From: Bacillus phage vB_BcoS-136
Sequence record: MH884508.1
Reading direction: 5' to 3' (one strand)
DNA: 24,000 bases
Part shown: in pieces, positions 8,853-17,590 of the stretch
How positions within the stretch are numbered: the first letter of the stretch is position 1
Layout: each line of letters opens with the position of its first letter
The notes under the pieces: generated by a model
What the model saw: the letters and a program-made list of their open reading frames with translations, nothing else
What the model was told of the DNA's origin: nothing
Database searches by the model: none
Program-made: the position numbers and the translations under genes

Positions 8853-10812
8853 GTGCTTCTTCGATATATTCATGGAGATTTTCTTCAATATATGCCTTAC
8901 GACCTGCCAAATCATCGCCTAAAAACATTTCGAAGTTTTTTAATGTCTCTTCTGCATCCTCTGGTATCACTTGAATAAGTTTGCGAGTCTCTGGATTCAT
9001 TGTTGTCTCCCACATCATTTCAGCAGTATTTTCACCCAATCCCTTAGAGCGTTGAATGCTTTGTAGCTTACTACCTAGTCTTGCTACAATTTTATCTTTC
9101 TCTACATCTGTATATGCAAAGTACGAATTATCTTTGTTATCTGTAATTTCAAATAATGGAGATTCTGCAATATATACATACCCTTCCTCGATAAGTGTAG
9201 GCATTAAACGATAAATCATCGTCAATAATAATGTACGAATATGGAAACCATCGACATCTGCATCAGTTGTAATAATAATCTTGCTCCAACGAAGGTTTTT
9301 AATGTCGAATGTATGTAAATCTTTTGCATGTTTCGATTTAATCTCTACACCACAACCTAAAAGCTTGATTAAATCTACAATAATATCGTTTTTGAAAATC
9401 TTATCGTAGTCTGCTTTCAAGCAATTAAGTATCTTACCACGAAGAGCATAAATAGCTTGAAACATTGCATCTCTACCCTGTTGTGTAGAGCCTAAAGCAG
9501 ATTTACCTTCAACTAAAAATAATTCCGTTTTAGAGTTATCTTTGGATTTACAGTTAACAAATCCGTCAACTCGTGCTGTTAGATTATTTACTGTCCCAGA
9601 AAGTTTCTTCTTAACATCTAATCGTGTTTTTTCTGCCTTTTCACGACTACGTTTATTCACAAGCACCTGTGCAAATATTAGATTTGCCTCCTGTGAATTT
9701 TCAGTAAAGTAAACCTCTAATTGTTCACGAAGCCATTTTGTTACTGTTTGTTTCATAAAGTCAGAGCCAATCTTCTTTTTAGTTTGGTCTGTAAATAGTG
9801 AGATTGTTGAATAGGTGCTTGTTACAACTATTAAACTATCTGCAATATCATCAAATGAAATCTTTTTCTCATTCTTGTTGTAAAGGTTTTTCTCCTTTAG
9901 AAATTTATCAACTACAAATGTGAATGAGTTTTTAATGAAATCCTCTGGTGTTCCACCGTTTTCTAACCAAGATGTGTTATGGTAGTAGCGATTAAATGAA
10001 GTCTCACGATTAAAAGCAAAATAAATATCTGCTCTAATACGATAATCCTTATCAGACTCGTTATCCTTACCCTTTTGTTCTGTTGTAAAAGATATTACAT
10101 CTGTCAAAGAGTGCTCTTCTGACGACATAGACTTAATATAATCTTTTACACCTTTCTCGTAGTAGTATTCAGTCTCTTCATCTGCTATTCTATTAATAAA
10201 TATAAATTTAAGACCACCATTTACGATTGCTTGGTCTTTTAGAGTCTTAACAATAAAATCATCATCAACTTCACCTTTACCACGAAACACTTCTGTACTT
10301 GGTAACCAAGTAATTTCAGTTCCAACTCTTTCGCCTTTGCTACTGGCTGTATCGGAGAATTTTTTCTCAATACCTTTTTCATATCTTACAAAATATACTC
10401 TATTATCTTTGTAAGAAATTGCTTCAAAGAAATCGGATGTATAGTTTGTACCTGTTGCACCAACACCGTTAGTACCTAGTGAGTACTCATAGTTCCCACC
10501 GTCTTCTTCATTGTTTTGGTATTTACCACCTGCCCATAGCTCATCAAAAACCTTTTTGTATGACCATTCTCCGTCTTTATTCTTACCCATTGGCACACCA
10601 CGACCATAATCTCGGATTGTAACAGAGCCATCAACATTTTTATATACCTCAATCACATTTCCGTAGCCTGCTCTAGCTTCGTCAATAGAGTTTCCTAAAA
10701 TTTCTAGGAAGGTATGGTTATGGCTTTCCAAACCTATAGAAGCAGGCTTCGCCCTAACCCCACCAAGAATACCTAGTGACTGTATAGAATCTTCGCTGTA
10801 ATTCTTAGTCAT
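8845..10812 (-). CDS. parE: Type IIA topoisomerase subunit B (ParE/GyrB-like)
   Basis: GHKL ATPase motifs (LGNSIDEARAG, DYGRGVPMG, GTNGVGATGTNYTSDFF), TOPRIM motifs LVEGKSALG...QGRDAMFQAIYALRGKILNC and TTDADVDGFHIRTLLLT. Confidence 0.95.
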   Translation of the reverse strand: MTKNYSEDSIQSLGILGGVRAKPASIGLESHNHTFLEILGNSIDEARAGYGNVIEVYKNVDGSVTIRDYGRGVPMGKNKDGEWSYKKVFDELWAGGKYQNNEEDGGNYEYSLGTNGVGATGTNYTSDFFEAISYKDNRVYFVRYEKGIEKKFSDTASSKGERVGTEITWLPSTEVFRGKGEVDDDFIVKTLKDQAIVNGGLKFIFINRIADEETEYYYEKGVKDYIKSMSSEEHSLTDVISFTTEQKGKDNESDKDYRIRADIYFAFNRETSFNRYYHNTSWLENGGTPEDFIKNSFTFVVDKFLKEKNLYNKNEKKISFDDIADSLIVVTSTYSTISLFTDQTKKKIGSDFMKQTVTKWLREQLEVYFTENSQEANLIFAQVLVNKRSREKAEKTRLDVKKKLSGTVNNLTARVDGFVNCKSKDNSKTELFLVEGKSALGSTQQGRDAMFQAIYALRGKILNCLKADYDKIFKNDIIVDLIKLLGCGVEIKSKHAKDLHTFDIKNLRWSKIIITTDADVDGFHIRTLLLTMIYRLMPTLIEEGYVYIAESPLFEITDNKDNSYFAYTDVEKDKIVARLGSKLQSIQRSKGLGENTAEMMWETTMNPETRKLIQVIPEDAEETLKNFEMFLGDDLAGRKAYIEENLHEYIEEALD

Positions 10813-10864
10813 AATATCATCCTTCCTTGTAAACCTATATGTATTATATAATTATTTTTTGCGC

Positions 10865-11449
10865 TTATTTCATTGTTGTTAAATCTTTTTTATACTCTTT
10901 AGAATTTACTAACATCATTGTATATTTTCTTAATTCTAATCCAGTGTTCAAAGATTTACTTTTTACATTTTTAATTTCTGCTTCTGCAAACTCTTTTTGT
11001 TTTCGTAGATTTGCTAACTGCTCTTCCATAATTTTTATTTGGTCTTGTAAAGAGGATACTTCGTGTTCTTTATCCTCAATTTCTTCCAATATCTTAAACT
11101 CTATTTCTTCTTTTTCGTTTCGAAGTTTTTCGATTTCTGTAATTAATCCTTTTCTTACAGTAGAGTTTAATTCTTCTGTAAACCCTAAATCAACTTTGTA
11201 GATAGTGATAAATGCATCATCTGTCGTGTTTGTTACGAATACGATATCGTCTTTAATATGATAGTTTCTTGTAACATTATCACCAATTTGACCTTTGTAG
11301 ATGAATTGTGAAAACTCGAAAGTCTTATTCGCATGTTCGATAATCATTTCTCGGTTTTCAGTTATGTATGTATTTCTTTCTTTCTCTGTTGTAATTCCTA
11401 CAATTCTCTCAACCCAACGCTCTAAAAAGTGTTTTGTACAATTTTTCAT
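10865..11449 (-). CDS. Unknown protein with C-terminal coiled coil
   Basis: 194 aa, starts after GAGAGGAAATGATAATATG; charged heptad-like segment (EIEKLRNEKEEIEFKILEEIEDKEHEVSSLQDQIKIMEEQLANLRKQK). Confidence 0.8.
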   Translation of the reverse strand: MKNCTKHFLERWVERIVGITTEKERNTYITENREMIIEHANKTFEFSQFIYKGQIGDNVTRNYHIKDDIVFVTNTTDDAFITIYKVDLGFTEELNSTVRKGLITEIEKLRNEKEEIEFKILEEIEDKEHEVSSLQDQIKIMEEQLANLRKQKEFAEAEIKNVKSKSLNTGLELRKYTMMLVNSKEYKKDLTTMK

Positions 11450-11475
11450 ATTATCATTTCCTCTCTTTGTGTTAT

Positions 11476-11504
11476 ATTATATCATATTAATAGTTTGTTG
11501 TCAA
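11476..11504 (-). promoter_or_regulatory. SigmaA-type extended -10 promoter P4
   Basis: TTGACA (11504-11499), 17-nt spacer, TATAAT (11481-11476), TGA element; spans the stop codon of the upstream gene. Confidence 0.84.
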
Positions 11505-12215
11505 TAGATTATTTTTAACTAGATTCATAATTGTTTTCTCTAGCTCTTCTTTTAATTCTAAATTAGGTTTAATAGAATGGTATTTTTCCTTTAATCCTTG
11601 GAATCTTGATTCGTGGTAGAATTTTACAAAGTTTTCAAAGTTCTCTGCATCAAATTCTCCATGTTTAATACTTAACATGAAATCTCTATCTTCGCCTGTA
11701 TATGTTATTGCTTCCTTAAAATCTGTAAAATCGCTTTGTGCGAATCTGTCAATAAAGTTTAAAACACGATAAGCATGTAGAGCCTGTTTTGTGTCGTATC
11801 CAAATTTATCGACTAGATGCTGAGTCCCTTCTGTTCCTTTATACAATTGTTTCATTTTATTTAAATGCATTCCACCGCAAGCATTAAACAGATGTGGAAG
11901 ATTAATTTTTACCAATTCATCTTTTAAATCAAATACTTTCTTTAATTCTTTACTAAAAGTCATACTAATGTTTTTAGAGTATAGAATTTCTAAAAAATTA
12001 ATGTTAGACTTAAAGAATAAATTTACCAACTTTCTAATGTCATGAGTATCTACATCCTCATTTTCACCAATGATTTGTTCCGAAAACATATCACCTTTAT
12101 ACAAATCTTCAAATGTCGGCAGTACAAATGCTTTGTAGTCTTTATCCGACTCTGATGTGTTTAAATTGTAATTATGACTTCCGACCAACGCTTTAAGAAT
12201 CACTCTTCGCTCCAT
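11487..12215 (-). CDS. Predicted nucleotidyltransferase (DNA polymerase beta superfamily, COG3541-like)
   Basis: LVGSHNYNLNTSESDKDYKAFVLPTFEDLYKG resembles the GS(H)xxxGxxxxxSDxDxxxx motif of pol-beta-type nucleotidyltransferases. Confidence 0.75.
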   Translation of the reverse strand: MERRVILKALVGSHNYNLNTSESDKDYKAFVLPTFEDLYKGDMFSEQIIGENEDVDTHDIRKLVNLFFKSNINFLEILYSKNISMTFSKELKKVFDLKDELVKINLPHLFNACGGMHLNKMKQLYKGTEGTQHLVDKFGYDTKQALHAYRVLNFIDRFAQSDFTDFKEAITYTGEDRDFMLSIKHGEFDAENFENFVKFYHESRFQGLKEKYHSIKPNLELKEELEKTIMNLVKNNLLTTNY

Positions 12216-12244
12216 CTTATCATCTCCTTATCTCTTATATATAC

Positions 12245-12273
12245 ATTATACCATTATCTTTTGTGAAAGTCAA
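12245..12273 (-). promoter_or_regulatory. SigmaA-type extended -10 promoter P5
   Basis: TTGACT (12273-12268), 17-nt spacer, TATAAT (12250-12245), TGG element. Confidence 0.83.
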
Positions 12274-12274
12274 T

Positions 12275-12306
12275 AAAAAAATAGCTAATTATTTAGCTAT
12301 TTTTTT
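12275..12306 (-). terminator. Rho-independent terminator (possibly bidirectional)
   Basis: Inverted repeat aaaaaatagctaa / ttagctatttttt with A/T tracts on both sides. Confidence 0.8.
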
Positions 12307-12447
12307 ATCTTCATATAACTTTTCTAAATAAAATAGAGAATCTTCCAATCTTTGACGTTGGTATATAGATAAGTCTACTGTTTCTAATATTTTTCTTGTT
12401 GCAATTATTCCACTATAAATAGTAGAAAGCATTATTAGTCTCTTCAT
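12289..12447 (-). CDS. Small unknown protein, 52 aa (not in supplied track)
   Basis: MKRLIMLSTIYSGIIATRKILETVDLSIYQRQRLEDSLFYLEKLYEDKKIAK*; ATGA overlap with upstream ORF; stop codon in the terminator loop. Confidence 0.6.
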   Translation of the reverse strand: MKRLIMLSTIYSGIIATRKILETVDLSIYQRQRLEDSLFYLEKLYEDKKIAK

Positions 12448-12599
12448 TTTAAATAACCTGTTATACTTCCGACTTGTCTACCACGATTATACTCTATCCT
12501 CATTGATTCTGGTTGTAAGTTTGGATATTTTTTTGACAAATATAATAAAATTGCATACTCTATATCATCTTTGTTTAAAGTGATATCAACTTTATTCAT
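12444..12599 (-). CDS. Small unknown protein, 51 aa (not in supplied track)
   Basis: MNKVDITLNKDDIEYAILLYLSKKYPNLQPESMRIEYNRGRQVGSITGYLK*; overlaps end of upstream ORF. Confidence 0.65.
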   Translation of the reverse strand: MNKVDITLNKDDIEYAILLYLSKKYPNLQPESMRIEYNRGRQVGSITGYLK

Positions 12600-12774
12600 C
12601 GTCTTTCATCTCCCAAGCCTCTAATATTTTCATATTTTCCATATCTATGTACACATAAACATTCGTATTTGCTAGTCTATAAAGACCAACGACATGAATA
12701 TCTTCATATCCAACATCTTCTCCATCCCAATCAGACTCCCATAACAAATCTTTATGTAGCTCTAATTTAACCAT
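12592..12774 (-). CDS. Unknown small acidic protein
   Basis: 60 aa ORF in a tight operon-like arrangement. Confidence 0.65.
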   Translation of the reverse strand: MVKLELHKDLLWESDWDGEDVGYEDIHVVGLYRLANTNVYVYIDMENMKILEAWEMKDDE

Positions 12775-12775
12775 A

Positions 12776-13193
12776 TTAAATACCCTTAATCATTGATTCG
12801 ATTTCGTCAATCTCTAATTCTACTTTCTTTCTCTCAGACAATAGTTTTAGCAATTTGTCTTCCATCGCTTTTAATGATTTTTCTTCTTCTGCTCGTGACA
12901 AGATGTTAATTCTTGATTGAATATCTCCCATCCAATCAGAAGGGGAAAATCCGCTAATAGTGTAATGGTCTAATAGCTTTAACTCTTTCGCAGATTTCTC
13001 ATATGCGTGTAATTTAACCATCAATGCTATTAGCTTATCTCTAGTTAACACTTGAATGTTGTGGCGCACTCCATCCAATTCAATAGAGCAATTTGTGATA
13101 GGAGAGAATCTTAAAGATTTTCCCATTTCTTTCTTTTTAATATCAATCTGCTTTTTTTAATTCTAAAATTCTTTCATCATTATTATTAGCCAT
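12776..13193 (-). CDS. Unknown protein of about 138 aa, apparently frameshifted at a poly-A run
   Basis: Strong SD (GGGGAGG) precedes ATG 13193 encoding MANNNDERILELKKAD*; one base fewer in the A7 run (13152-13158) fuses it with the 12776-13126 ORF: MANNNDERILELKKQIDIKKKEMGKSLRFSPITN... Confidence 0.6.
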
Positions 13194-14257
13194 TAGTAAG
13201 CCTCCCCATAAAATTTTCCATTTGCTAAATATTCCATCTTTTTCATTGGTTTCACAATATCCATAAGTTCTTCTAAAGTATCGACGTAAACTCTTTCTTT
13301 GTGAATATACTTCTCAATTCTTCTGTTCCAAGAATAACCATATTCTCTTTCTTTTTCTATTTTTAAGTAATATACGAATTTTCCGTTATATTCAGATATC
13401 TCTTCTCTCTCCATAACACCATTAAAGTCGGAGTAGACATAAAACCACTTTCTCACACCGTTAAACTTGTGCCTAATCTCTTCATTTGTGTATGGAATAT
13501 ATACTGTTTTCGAATCGTCAATCGGAGAATAGTTTCTATTCTTCTCCATTTCATCAAAGATATCTGCATAATCTTCTACACATTCCTCAGATACAACTTC
13601 TACAAATTTTTGACTTATTGTTTTCATCGTATCGAAGTATCCTCTACCATCATTTCTAATGTAAAACCAAAATACAGGCTTTTCAGACTTAACTCCATTC
13701 CAACCGTATTCATGAAATTTGCCCATATAAACATGTTCTTTGTTATCCTTTTTTAAATATGTTGCACCAATTTTCAAATCTTTAGCTTTTACAAAATTCT
13801 TCTTATGTAGTAAACTATTCAATTTTGAAATCTCTTTATAGTCTGGTGAATCGCAAGGAATTAATAATAAATCTTTTCCATCCCAACCATAAACAAAATC
13901 TCCCTCTAAACCTTTTCCTTTAATAGAGTTTGTATTTTCTAGTATGTATAACAGATTTGGCACACTTATTTCAAATTCGAATCCTCGTGGGTCATATACT
14001 CTCACATAAGTCTGTCTATGATTCCAACCTGTGCTATATCCTCCTGTCTTCTTGTTGAGTACAAAGCCAGATGTTGGCTCATTGTCATAAATATCATTGC
14101 CAAGACTCTCTTCTCTCCAACCGTTCCAAGATACTTCTTTTCTTAATTTCCCTTTTTCATCAAAATATATTATATATGCTAGTTTGCCTGTATATGTGCT
14201 ATCCCTTTCTTGATATCCTACATTTATTTTTTTTGGTAGAAATATATTTGTTTTCAT
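13193..14257 (-). CDS. Unknown 354-aa protein
   Basis: Long ORF with GGAGG SD; no family recognised. Confidence 0.8.
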   Translation of the reverse strand: MKTNIFLPKKINVGYQERDSTYTGKLAYIIYFDEKGKLRKEVSWNGWREESLGNDIYDNEPTSGFVLNKKTGGYSTGWNHRQTYVRVYDPRGFEFEISVPNLLYILENTNSIKGKGLEGDFVYGWDGKDLLLIPCDSPDYKEISKLNSLLHKKNFVKAKDLKIGATYLKKDNKEHVYMGKFHEYGWNGVKSEKPVFWFYIRNDGRGYFDTMKTISQKFVEVVSEECVEDYADIFDEMEKNRNYSPIDDSKTVYIPYTNEEIRHKFNGVRKWFYVYSDFNGVMEREEISEYNGKFVYYLKIEKEREYGYSWNRRIEKYIHKERVYVDTLEELMDIVKPMKKMEYLANGKFYGEAY

Positions 14258-14261
14258 ATTA

Positions 14262-14438
14262 TTATCCTCCCATCCATTCTACTACATTTATTCCTATCAC
14301 ATATGAAGCTACAAGTAATATCAGTATAACTACTAATAATGACATTAATTCAGTTTTTTCTGTAATCATATACATTAATCCTCCAATTAATAAAAGGATT
14401 AATACACCTATAAATAAAGCTAATATATGAATCAACAT
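14262..14438 (-). CDS. Small membrane protein, 58 aa (not in supplied track)
   Basis: MLIHILALFIGVLILLLIGGLMYMITEKTELMSLLVVILILLVASYVIGINVVEWMGG*; two predicted TM segments. Confidence 0.65.
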   Translation of the reverse strand: MLIHILALFIGVLILLLIGGLMYMITEKTELMSLLVVILILLVASYVIGINVVEWMGG

Positions 14439-14451
14439 TGTCTATCACTCC

Positions 14452-14655
14452 TTATGTTTTATATCTTGTCATTGCGAATATAATCATAACAACTAGTATA
14501 ATTAAGGCAATGGAGAATGGGATTAACATAGGCGATAGCACCCACCACCAAGACCATTCAACAAAACCTGTCAATTTTAAACCGATGAAAAGAATTGTAA
14601 GTAGTCCTAAAAATCCAATTCCTCCACCACTAGTGCTTTTATTCATGTTGCTCAT
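14452..14655 (-). CDS. Small membrane protein, two TM segments
   Basis: 67 aa; hydrophobic segments GIGFLGLLTILFIGLKLTGFV and VLSPMLIPFSIALIILVVMIIFAM. Confidence 0.7.
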   Translation of the reverse strand: MSNMNKSTSGGGIGFLGLLTILFIGLKLTGFVEWSWWWVLSPMLIPFSIALIILVVMIIFAMTRYKT

Positions 14656-14661
14656 CCTTTC

Positions 14662-14871
14662 CTATAAGAGTTGTAAATCTCCTTTGAAATATTTCTGAAT
14701 ACAAGTCAATATATCTTGGTATATGTAATTATATTTCATAAAACTTATCGTTGATGATATAATCTGACCATCATCATACTCTATTAAAAACTTACATTCT
14801 ACTTGCGTAACTCCATAATCATCCTTACTTGTTGATAATTCCCAAATTCTTACAAGTCCCATCATTGCCAT
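14662..14871 (-). CDS. Unknown small protein
   Basis: 69 aa ORF; start may be one of several in-frame ATGs. Confidence 0.6.
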   Translation of the reverse strand: MAMMGLVRIWELSTSKDDYGVTQVECKFLIEYDDGQIISSTISFMKYNYIYQDILTCIQKYFKGDLQLL

Positions 14872-14891
14872 TCCTTTCTAAAATAGAACTT

Positions 14892-15128
14892 TTATCCATA
14901 TATTTTTTTCAATCTATCATATTCTTTTCGTTCATATTCTTCTCTTGATTGAGTTTCATAGATTGATTTCCATATGCTTTCAACATCTTCAACATTGTCA
15001 CATACAGGGCATTTGATTTCTATTGCTTTATGAATCACTCTACCATATTCATCTTTTCTAATTGCATTTTTTGGAATCCAAATTTCACCCATATGGCTAC
15101 ATTTTCCACATACATGACCAACAATCAT
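14892..15128 (-). CDS. Small zinc-ribbon protein
   Basis: CGKC...CPVC cysteine pairs. Confidence 0.65.
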   Translation of the reverse strand: MIVGHVCGKCSHMGEIWIPKNAIRKDEYGRVIHKAIEIKCPVCDNVEDVESIWKSIYETQSREEYERKEYDRLKKIYG

Positions 15129-15170
15129 TCAATCAATCACCTCTTTATAAAACTCGCATTTTATCCACTA

Positions 15171-15416
15171 CTATCTAATAAGCAAAGCACTAGGTTTATT
15201 ATCAATAAATTGCATTCCAATTCTATTCCATACTGCAACTTCTAATTCAAAAACATCTTCTAACTCTTTTGCTTTCATTATTACACCAATTGCTTTACCT
15301 TCATGAATCAATGGTAAGTTTATATAATCTTCGCTTTTTCCAAACTTTGCAACATACGTTTTGAAGTTAAAAGACAAACTATTTTCATTGACTTTCATTA
15401 TCATTCCTCCTTGCAT
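15171..15416 (-). CDS. Unknown small protein
   Basis: ORF; likely start MIMKVNENSL or MKVNENSL behind a GGAG sequence. Confidence 0.6.
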   Translation of the reverse strand: MQGGMIMKVNENSLSFNFKTYVAKFGKSEDYINLPLIHEGKAIGVIMKAKELEDVFELEVAVWNRIGMQFIDNKPSALLIR

Positions 15417-15428
15417 AAAATGGAAACT

Positions 15429-15764
15429 TTAACCATATAGCTCTAAATCTTTAAATTGTGAATCGTACCACCATTTTTTAGCATTTCCACTGTTAAAATA
15501 ATGTTCAACGCTAACAAAATTATTCAATCTTTTTCTGTTTTTCATATATATAGTTGCTCTTCTGTTAAATATCTCTTTATATTTAAGCCTATTAACAGTT
15601 AATCTATATGAAAAAACAGGAATCCAATAACCTTGTTCACTTCTGATAACAAAGCTCGAACCATCCTTAGATTCTCTACCGAAGTAAAGTTCTCCATCTA
15701 AAAATGTAGCATTCTTTCCCAAGTGAATATTTCCTTTTGCTTGCAGTACTACAACCTCAATCAT
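15429..15764 (-). CDS. Unknown 111-aa protein
   Basis: ORF in tight gene order. Confidence 0.65.
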   Translation of the reverse strand: MIEVVVLQAKGNIHLGKNATFLDGELYFGRESKDGSSFVIRSEQGYWIPVFSYRLTVNRLKYKEIFNRRATIYMKNRKRLNNFVSVEHYFNSGNAKKWWYDSQFKDLELYG

Positions 15765-15790
15765 AACTTCTCACCTCTGTAAAGTGATTT

Positions 15791-16042
15791 TTATTTAAAA
15801 CTATTAATCATATCCTGTAGCTCTTCTATTACATCTTTTTGACCTTTATAATAGAAAACATCGTTATAATCTTCTCTCTTCTCTGCATCTTCAATCCATC
15901 TTTCAGACCTTTTAATGAAATTATTTAATAGGTTATTAAATTTTTCTGGGTCTATAACAGTATAAGATTTAACCTTTCCAAATTCGCTTTCAATCTTATT
16001 TTGACGATTGATAATATCTTCTAAACTACTAATCTTTTTCAT
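15791..16042 (-). CDS. Unknown 83-aa protein
   Basis: ORF preceded by a purine-rich SD. Confidence 0.65.
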   Translation of the reverse strand: MKKISSLEDIINRQNKIESEFGKVKSYTVIDPEKFNNLLNNFIKRSERWIEDAEKREDYNDVFYYKGQKDVIEELQDMINSFK

Positions 16043-16060
16043 GTTATACCTCCTATATCA

Positions 16061-16516
16061 CTAATCCCTACCTAGTCTAAAAGGAACGTCGCATGGATTA
16101 GTACCCTTTAGTTCGTTATGAATCTTCCATTTTTTATCTTTTTCATACCAAATTAACACATCATACCCTAATTCATCTAAAGTTCTTTCATCATCGGTTG
16201 TAGAGTAAGTGTCACAACTCCATTTTTCAAGCTCTAAATCATTTGGAATATTAACTCTAATGGCAACGTGCTTATAATCTGATTTCATATTACTTGCACC
16301 AATAAGACGAAAATATTTAATCTTATCTGTTCCAGAAACAACACCGCACAATATGTATCTATATCTTTTTCTTTTCATATAGCCACTCCTTTTATAAAAG
16401 GGAAATTTTTGTCTATCATTCTCTTTTTCTTTTTTTCGCTTGCATGGAAGACATAATTCCTTGCCACCATAACCAAAGAGAATAACTTTACTTTTCCTGC
16501 AAATTTCACATCTCAT
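16061..16516 (-). CDS. Unknown zinc-finger-like protein
   Basis: MRCEICRKSKVILFGYGGKELCLPCKRKK; start at ATG 16516 behind AGAGGTGAT rather than 16561. Confidence 0.7.
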   Translation of the reverse strand: MRCEICRKSKVILFGYGGKELCLPCKRKKEKENDRQKFPFYKRSGYMKRKRYRYILCGVVSGTDKIKYFRLIGASNMKSDYKHVAIRVNIPNDLELEKWSCDTYSTTDDERTLDELGYDVLIWYEKDKKWKIHNELKGTNPCDVPFRLGRD

Positions 16517-16544
16517 ATAATCACCTCTGGGTAAAAGAGAATTT

Positions 16545-16700
16545 TTATTCAACTCTAACAAACTCTAATTTATCTCTATCTTGACTGCATATCCCATACT
16601 TTAAATTACGAATTGTTATACTAGTATTTGTACTTGAATATTGTAATACTTCAAACTCTTCGTTTACTTCTAAATCTTTCACGATAATCCTGTTAATCAT
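16545..16700 (-). CDS. Unknown 51-aa protein (not in supplied track)
   Basis: MINRIIVKDLEVNEEFEVLQYSSTNTSITIRNLKYGICSQDRDKLEFVRVE*; SD AAGAGGTGAT. Confidence 0.6.
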   Translation of the reverse strand: MINRIIVKDLEVNEEFEVLQYSSTNTSITIRNLKYGICSQDRDKLEFVRVE

Positions 16701-16711
16701 TTTATCACCTC

Positions 16712-16897
16712 TTAGTTTTCAAAAATTTCATATCTCATTTTTATTAAACAGTCAATTACACTTTTTCCTCTAGTTATGTATATCTGTCCATCATAAATAG
16801 CGTGTACAGTAGGTTTTACTTGTGTCTCTACAGTTATCTGAATCGGTATTTCTTTTTCTTTAAAAAACTCAATCATATCCTCAATAGATTCTTGCAT
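16712..16897 (-). CDS. Unknown 61-aa protein
   Basis: ORF in tight gene order; AGGAGGAAT SD. Confidence 0.65.
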   Translation of the reverse strand: MQESIEDMIEFFKEKEIPIQITVETQVKPTVHAIYDGQIYITRGKSVIDCLIKMRYEIFEN

Positions 16898-16923
16898 TGT
16901 TATTCCTCCTAAGAGTATATTCT

Positions 16924-17130
16924 CTATAATAAAACTTCAATACACCAAACACCATCATCAGTTTTATAAACTTCACTCTCTGCATAAAAGATGGTGTTGC
17001 CCTTCTTGTCAACAACTTCTTCGCCTGTAGGTTCAAACATTCTAAAATTATCGCCTTTTTTCAATTCGCTAAAATGAATTCCAACCCATTCCTTATCTCT
17101 TCTTACTTCGACTTTTCTCAAATTATCCAC
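16924..17130 (-). CDS. Unknown 68-aa protein
   Basis: ORF with upstream GGTGG SD. Confidence 0.65.
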   Translation of the reverse strand: MDNLRKVEVRRDKEWVGIHFSELKKGDNFRMFEPTGEEVVDKKGNTIFYAESEVYKTDDGVWCIEVLL

Positions 17131-17153
17131 ACTTCCACCTCACTTTATAAAAA

Positions 17154-17318
17154 CTATCTTTTATCTAGCTCTATACTCATATGACCTAAAATTAACGCTC
17201 CGCCCAACACAAAGCCAATAATACCTACAACAACTCCTATACCTCCACCAATCATTCCAGATACTCCCAACATTACACCTGCACAAAATGAAGCAATTAC
17301 TAAATTTGTGTTATTCAT
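17154..17318 (-). CDS. Glycine-rich small membrane protein, 54 aa (not in supplied track)
   Basis: MNNTNLVIASFCAGVMLGVSGMIGGGIGVVVGIIGFVLGGALILGHMSIELDKR*; SD AGGAGTGAT. Confidence 0.65.
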   Translation of the reverse strand: MNNTNLVIASFCAGVMLGVSGMIGGGIGVVVGIIGFVLGGALILGHMSIELDKR

Positions 17319-17329
17319 ACCATCACTCC

Positions 17330-17560
17330 TTACTTATTTTTGAAAATCATTCTCAAAAATCCTAAAAATGTTTTACCTCTTTGTGAAAGGTTTCTCTTTT
17401 CTATTTCTTCGTCTGAAACAAACAACCATGTTCTCTCTTTACATTCATTACAAATATCGTATCTTTGATATCCTGCATCGCTCCACCACTTCACATCTAT
17501 AGCGTAACTATCCTTGGTTTCATTTCCACATATATCGCAATATATAATTGTCTTTTTCAA
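17330..17560 (-). CDS. Small zinc-finger-like protein
   Basis: CDICG...CNECK. Confidence 0.7.
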   Translation of the reverse strand: MKKTIIYCDICGNETKDSYAIDVKWWSDAGYQRYDICNECKERTWLFVSDEEIEKRNLSQRGKTFLGFLRMIFKNK

Positions 17561-17590
17561 TTTATTTACCTCCTTTACAGTTTGTTCGAA

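Noticed and set aside
10844-10872. TATAAT in the gap upstream of parE as an additional promoter
   Set aside because: No matching -35 (TGAAAT at 17 nt) and no TG element, unlike the eight consistent promoters.
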